A DNA stretch of 61,863 bases, the filler included, from Stramenopiles sp. TOSAG23-2 (lineage: Eukaryota), in assembly GCA_900128395.1 (NCBI GenBank). It is 24 parts of 24 records of this genome, joined end to end, with 100 filler letters (N's around TTAATTAATTAA, not from the genome) between each part and the next. Parts side by side here need not be neighbours in the genome. Positions count along the whole stretch, not along the records: positions 56,823 to 59,293 come from LT651714.1; positions 59,394 to 61,863 come from LT651715.1; 22 more parts are not named here. One strand, given 5' to 3'. The notes under the pieces are model-generated. The model worked only from the letters and a program-made list of their open reading frames with translations. It was not told where the DNA came from and ran no database searches. Positions 57,416-61,863 of this stretch are shown here, piece by piece; positions within the stretch are counted from its first letter, which is position 1; every line of letters starts with the position of its first letter. Both the position numbers and the translations under genes were made by a program.

Positions 57416-58363
57416 ATGCAAGTACAAAACCGAACACAAAAAGTCATGGGATTGACTTTACCAGAAGATGCAGACGAAGGAGATGTGAAAAAAATTAAAA
57501 TCTCTATAGCAAGCATTATTGGTTTAGTCTTTTTATTTGTAGTATGGCAGATTTTCGTTTTTAGCGGAGATCCGTCTAATTTTATTGGGTTAGCCATCAA
57601 CCTACTGACAATATTTGGCATCGCCGGGTGTGCATATATGGGACTTTATACTAAAAATCCAACTATGTTGAAATTTCTATCTTGTTGCACCTTTTATATG
57701 GTATTCAATGTAATCTTAGGGATATTATATGTTGTTATGATTTTTAATGGGGCAAAAAACCGTTGCGACGACTGCATAAAGAGGAACAATACAAAGTGTA
57801 TCTCTGATCCGAGAAATGATAATAGTGCTGAGTTAGATACGTCTGAAAATTGCCAAAACTATCTGCTTGAGAACCAACCACGTGCAATAATATATATAGC
57901 ATTTTGTGTTTTACATATGTTTTTATTTGCTGTTGTGGGCGTAACTGGATGTCAATTAAGTGGTATGAGATACTTTGTACAACAAAGAAATTTTGCACAA
58001 GGAGGAGGAGGACAAGTATATTCAACAGGTGCTGTAGTAGTTCAATCACAACCAATGGTAGTAACTGGACAGCCAATGATGATGGTTCAATCACAACCGC
58101 AGATAATATCATCTGGTCAACCACAGATCGTAACATCTGGTCAACCACAGATCGTATCATCCGGCCAACCACAGATCGTAACATCTGGTCAGCCAGTAAT
58201 TATGACATCAGGTCAACCCCGTAAGTTTTCTAAATATTTTCTAAATTTTCTATTATACTAAAATATGGATCATGTCTTTTCTAACAGTAATTTATATTCA
58301 CATCTATATGTATATGTTCTTACAGAAATCGTACAACCGGTTGTTACTCGACAACAACTTTAA
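57416..58363 (+). CDS. Four-TM (tetraspan-like) protein with a GQPQIV repeat tail; exons 57416-58220 and 58326-58363
   Basis: Four hydrophobic helices with a Cys-rich loop between TM3 and TM4. The intron 58221-58325 (GTAAGT..CTAAC..TACAG) restores a final GQPQIV repeat. Confidence 0.85.
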
Positions 58364-58584
58364 AAAATGGATGAAAAGTAAGCATGTATACCTCTATATT
58401 TATGTTGTTATCATGAAAAACCGTATACACGCATACACACTGTCCAACCAAAAAGTTTTATTGGTGCGTGCGTGCGCGTTGTGTGTTGTGTGATTTTAAA
58501 AAAATTGACTAATAACTGTACTAAACATCGTACTAATATCTCAGCTATTATATTGTAAAACAACAATATTAAAAATATCAATAT

Positions 58585-58903
58585 TAGTGTTGCTAAACGG
58601 CACGGCGCAGACGGCACACGGCGACGGCGGCGGGCGCCGCCGTCTACGATTTTGATGCAAACGGGCACAGACGGGCAAAAAACCTCATAGGCATTAATTA
58701 ACATTTCTCTACAAATATATTGTACTAAAAATCTGCACCCTCACTCGATAATATCGGATATTTTTAGAATAAATATTTTGGAATTCATGCTGCTCTAAAC
58801 AGTTTATTATAGCATATAAATATCATTACAATACATACTCATATCATTAGATGCCAGTTTGTGCCGCCGTCTGCGATTTTTTTTACAGACGGCTGCAACA
58901 CTA
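58585..58903. mobile_element. Putative hAT-like MITE remnant
   Basis: Terminal inverted repeat TAGTGTTGC/GCAACACTA, dense ACGGC/GCCGT subterminal repeats at both ends and an AT-rich core. No TSD was found. Confidence 0.55.
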
Positions 58904-59393
58904 ATTTTTTGTCATAATAACTTTTCAAGTAGTGTAATAAAAAATAACTTTTCAAGTTTGTAACGTTAGACCATTGTAACGTTGGCCATGATGGTACTTC
59001 ACTGCTATTTGCTCAATGTGTAATAGACGTAGTTTGTATATATTCCACATAGATATATAGAGAGAGTGAGAAACATTCCATAGACTATATATATACATTC
59101 TATGATACAAACATCTAGATATATACATATATAACGCTATAGTTATACATACATTATATCTCTCTAATCTGTAAAATATACAACAGCAACCAAAACAAAT
59201 CATAAGAGATTGATTGAATAACAATTATTGGTAAAAAATTTTCTTTTTATCAACATTTATTTTTGATATTCCCAATTCATCGAAACTAACTACNNNNNNN
59301 NNNNNNNNNNNNNNNNNNNNNNNNNNNNNNNNNNNNNTTAATTAATTAANNNNNNNNNNNNNNNNNNNNNNNNNNNNNNNNNNNNNNNNNNNN

Positions 59394-60790
59394 GGGGGGG
59401 GGTGGCAACCAATGGAGGGTGTATGTTCGTAGGCACTGATTCTATGTTTAATTGTACTAGGTGTGTTTTAACCAATTGTCGAGCCAGTTCATATGGCGGG
59501 GCTCTAATAGTAGAAAATGGTGGTTATTCGTTTTTACTTCATTCGAATATTTCGAAAAATGAGGCTGAATATGGCGGCGCTCTATTTGCACATGAAAATG
59601 GTAAAATTGCACTTGAATCATGTAGTCTCCTAATGAATCATGCATACTCGAACGGTGGTGGTTTATACGTGTGGACTTCTGGATTTGCAAATATTTATAA
59701 AACAACTGTTGAAAACAATACAGCAAACGAGGGAGGTGGACTTGCTGCTGATTCTGCAAGTATTAGTGAAATTATACTTAGAAACTCAGTATTAAAAAAT
59801 AATGTTGCAAATACTGGAGGTGGCGCGAAGGTTGGCTGCAGCAGTTGCGGGGCCGGCAAGGACAAAATAATAATACTTGATAGCATAGTAAAAGATAATA
59901 CGGGTGGTTCAAGTGGAAATGTAAACATTTTATTGTCCAGTTCAATTTTAATATTGATAAATGTGGATATTAATGGGAAGATTTCTGGGGCAAGCTCTAC
60001 AAAATCGTGCTCTACTGCTCCCACACAATGCACCGACAATGGCTACACCAATGCGATATGCACCACCCGTCAAAATCCCGACGAAGGTGTAATATGCGCT
60101 CAAAATTGTTCAACAGGTTACAAAAAAGCTGGAACTTTCAATCACACATGCGTAGTATGCTCTGCGGGCACCTATAATCCTTTATGGAATCAACACCAAT
60201 GTCAACCATGGTCCGATTGCATCAGCAGCCAGTACATCTCTATAAACGGCACAAGCAGCTCTAACCGTGTATGTAGTAGCTGTGGGTCGGGGAAATATTC
60301 TGCTTCTGCCAACACCTATTACTGTACGGACTTGACGAACTGTGTGGCAGGTGAGAAAATAGGTTCCAATGGCACAAGCAGCACCGACCGTACCTGCGTA
60401 GCATGCACAACTGGAACATTCTCTACCGGAACCAACCGGAATGCATGCACGAATTGGACCACATGTAACGTTACGACCGAAGTGGAAAGCAGCGCTGGTT
60501 CTACGACGGCGGACAGAGTTTGTGCAACAGTAGGAAGTCCATCGCCAACAGGAAGTTCGCCAGACGCTCCATCGCCATCAGATAATGCACCACCACCAGC
60601 AGGTGCGCCATCCCCAATGGATATTAGTCCTTCGCCAGCAGATTCAGCAACTACCACCGGAGCACCCAACTCCACAAGTGTTCTCTCTTCTTTACAGAAT
60701 AAGATAGAAGAGCTGAGTATCGGTAGTTGCAATCAGCCAGTCTGGTTTACAACCATGTTTCTGATTGCATGGAGTGTCGTACAATGTTAA
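59394..60790 (+). CDS. Surface protein with a beta-helix (GGA/L repeats), TNFR/Cys-rich repeats, a Pro/Ser stalk and a hydrophobic C-terminus (5'-truncated)
   Basis: N.A..GG(A/G)L repeats, C..C..G(T/K)(Y/F)S....C..W..C..G...SDRVC repeats, a PSP-rich linker and a GPI/TM-like end. Confidence 0.85.
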
Positions 60791-61166
60791 GAATACGAAC
60801 GGGCTTCGTATCAATTATCATTTAGTTTCAAATCGCAATATCATTTTCACAAATTACTTCGGTGCAAATAAATAGAAAAAGGTCTTAGTATCTCATGCAT
60901 ATTATAGATGATAAAAATAGTTTCTTAAAGTTAAATCTGGTTTTAGAAGGGACTATGATAATCTAATTAATGATTTATGTATTAAAAAGAACGAATTATA
61001 TATGCATTTATATATGATAATATGCATATACTCGTACGAGTATATGGTCTAATATTAAATATGAACTTTAACTTGTAATATGCTAAAATGATTTTAATAA
61101 AAAATTCTTAAATTTTATATTGGAAATATCTTTTGCTCTTTTCATCTCATCAATACACACACTTCT

Positions 61167-61859
61167 CTACATGGTCATATTACTTTGCAAAATGGTAATC
61201 AATTCCGGCTCATCACCCATGATATACTTTGATTCATGTGCAGTATCAATTAACTTCGTCATGGCCTTCTTGTAATCAGTTGTTCTTAATATTTCACAAA
61301 TATTTTTCATTGGCATATTTTTTCTTAATAAATATCTACAACACTCGCACATAGCATTGCATGGCGGGATTGTTTCTTTTGCTCGTGATAACATATGTCT
61401 CCAATCATTGCCAATATGTTGCAATGGGGGATAGCTTTTGATTAAATAATTTGATCCTAGTTTACCCCCGTTAAAACTAAATACAAAACCTGTCATAAAA
61501 TTTCGTCGTTGATTTTTTTTAATTATTGCTCCAGTGCTAGAATCCCATGCCTTCTCCGTTTTACAATATTTTATGAAATCCTCTCTTAGTTGCAAATAAG
61601 CCAATGGAACGTTCACACGTAAATCGATGACAAATACACAATCTAATAAATTTAATTTCATTATTTCAGCTTGTGCAAACATTGGATATAGACGTTCTTG
61701 AAAGATTAAATCTCCCGTCTTCGATAAATTTCCTCTAAATTTCTTATATTGCCGTTTCGTCAAACCGTCAAATCCACTAGATAGCTTTGCCAAATCTTGT
61801 TGATAAACTTTACACATTTTCTTATGATCTCCTTCTTTCCAATCTTTGACTTGGCATTC
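61167..61859 (-). CDS. MYND zinc-finger protein, C-terminal part
   Basis: ECQVKDWKEGDHKKMC, upstream of the annotated Met, is the second half of a zf-MYND. Confidence 0.7.
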   Translation of the reverse strand, partial: ECQVKDWKEGDHKKMCKVYQQDLAKLSSGFDGLTKRQYKKFRGNLSKTGDLIFQERLYPMFAQAEIMKLNLLDCVFVIDLRVNVPLAYLQLREDFIKYCKTEKAWDSSTGAIIKKNQRRNFMTGFVFSFNGGKLGSNYLIKSYPPLQHIGNDWRHMLSRAKETIPPCNAMCECCRYLLRKNMPMKNICEILRTTDYKKAMTKLIDTAHESKYIMGDEPELITILQSNMTM

Positions 61860-61863
61860 TTAG

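Larger units (their letters stand above)
2495..59393. other. 23 artificial 100-nt contig linkers (N44-TTAATTAATTAA-N44); first at 2495-2594, last at 59294-59393
   Basis: An identical linker recurs about every 2.58 kb, and the intervening contig lengths fall monotonically from 2494 to 2470 nt. ORF tails ending in 'X..LIN' are linker read-through. Confidence 0.99.

Noticed and set aside
58411-58704. 97-aa ORF with an Arg run and a hydrophobic segment
   Set aside because: It reads through the GC-rich end of the putative MITE into AT-rich DNA and shows no coding signature.
2495-59393. Regularly spaced TTAATTAATTAA as a CRISPR-like or genomic repeat
   Set aside because: It is always embedded in N44 blocks and is an artificial six-frame-stop linker.
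921-60732. Numerous antisense or overlapping ORFs rich in S/F/L/I (e.g. 921-1196, 1596-2018, 19117-19559, 35044-35433, 56426-56770, 60319-60732)
   Set aside because: They are shadow frames of real genes on the other strand or of low-complexity AT-rich DNA.
751-60790. An 'immune gene cluster' of NACHT, LRR, ankyrin and Cys-rich genes
   Set aside because: The genes lie on separate contigs ordered by length, so there is no evidence of linkage.
1-61863. rRNA, tRNA, telomeric arrays, transposase or reverse-transcriptase genes
   Set aside because: I recognised none by eye. tRNAscan-SE, Infernal and Pfam scans would be needed to exclude them formally.

Overview
This window is not continuous DNA. 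It is 24 unlinked contigs of about 2.47-2.49 kb, sorted by decreasing length and joined by 100-nt linkers (N44-TTAATTAATTAA-N44, stops in all six frames), so adjacency across a linker means nothing. The DNA is eukaryotic, AT-rich and intron-poor, uses the standard code, and has poly-Asn tracts, (AT)n microsatellites and GT-AG introns. By inference it is a heterotrophic flagellate, most plausibly a stramenopile SAG/MAG. Housekeeping genes include CDK7, mitochondrial EF-G1, ThrRS, a kinesin-1 tail, an EML WD40 protein, MAM33, LLP, SEC14, a BART-domain protein and a DYRK-like kinase. The most interesting signals are: (1) an N-myristoylated protein with an MLKL-like four-helix bundle and a NACHT NTPase (an NLR-like cell-death receptor candidate); (2) a GC-rich, bacterial-looking GST/glutaredoxin-N plus NAD(P)H-Rossmann fusion next to a hAT-type MITE with a perfect 8-bp TSD; (3) a ~45-bp non-coding element recurring downstream of genes on five separate contigs, plus related TACTCGTACGAGTA palindromes; (4) unusual domain architectures (RRM2-SAM2, SUI1-SAP, DEP-PTEN, TM-LRR-LNR, stand-alone RAMA, defensin-like Cys repeats); (5) an ankyrin paralogue pair with a GC-rich patch over variable positions; and (6) several MITE or foldback structures. 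All domain calls are from motif recognition by eye, not database searches.
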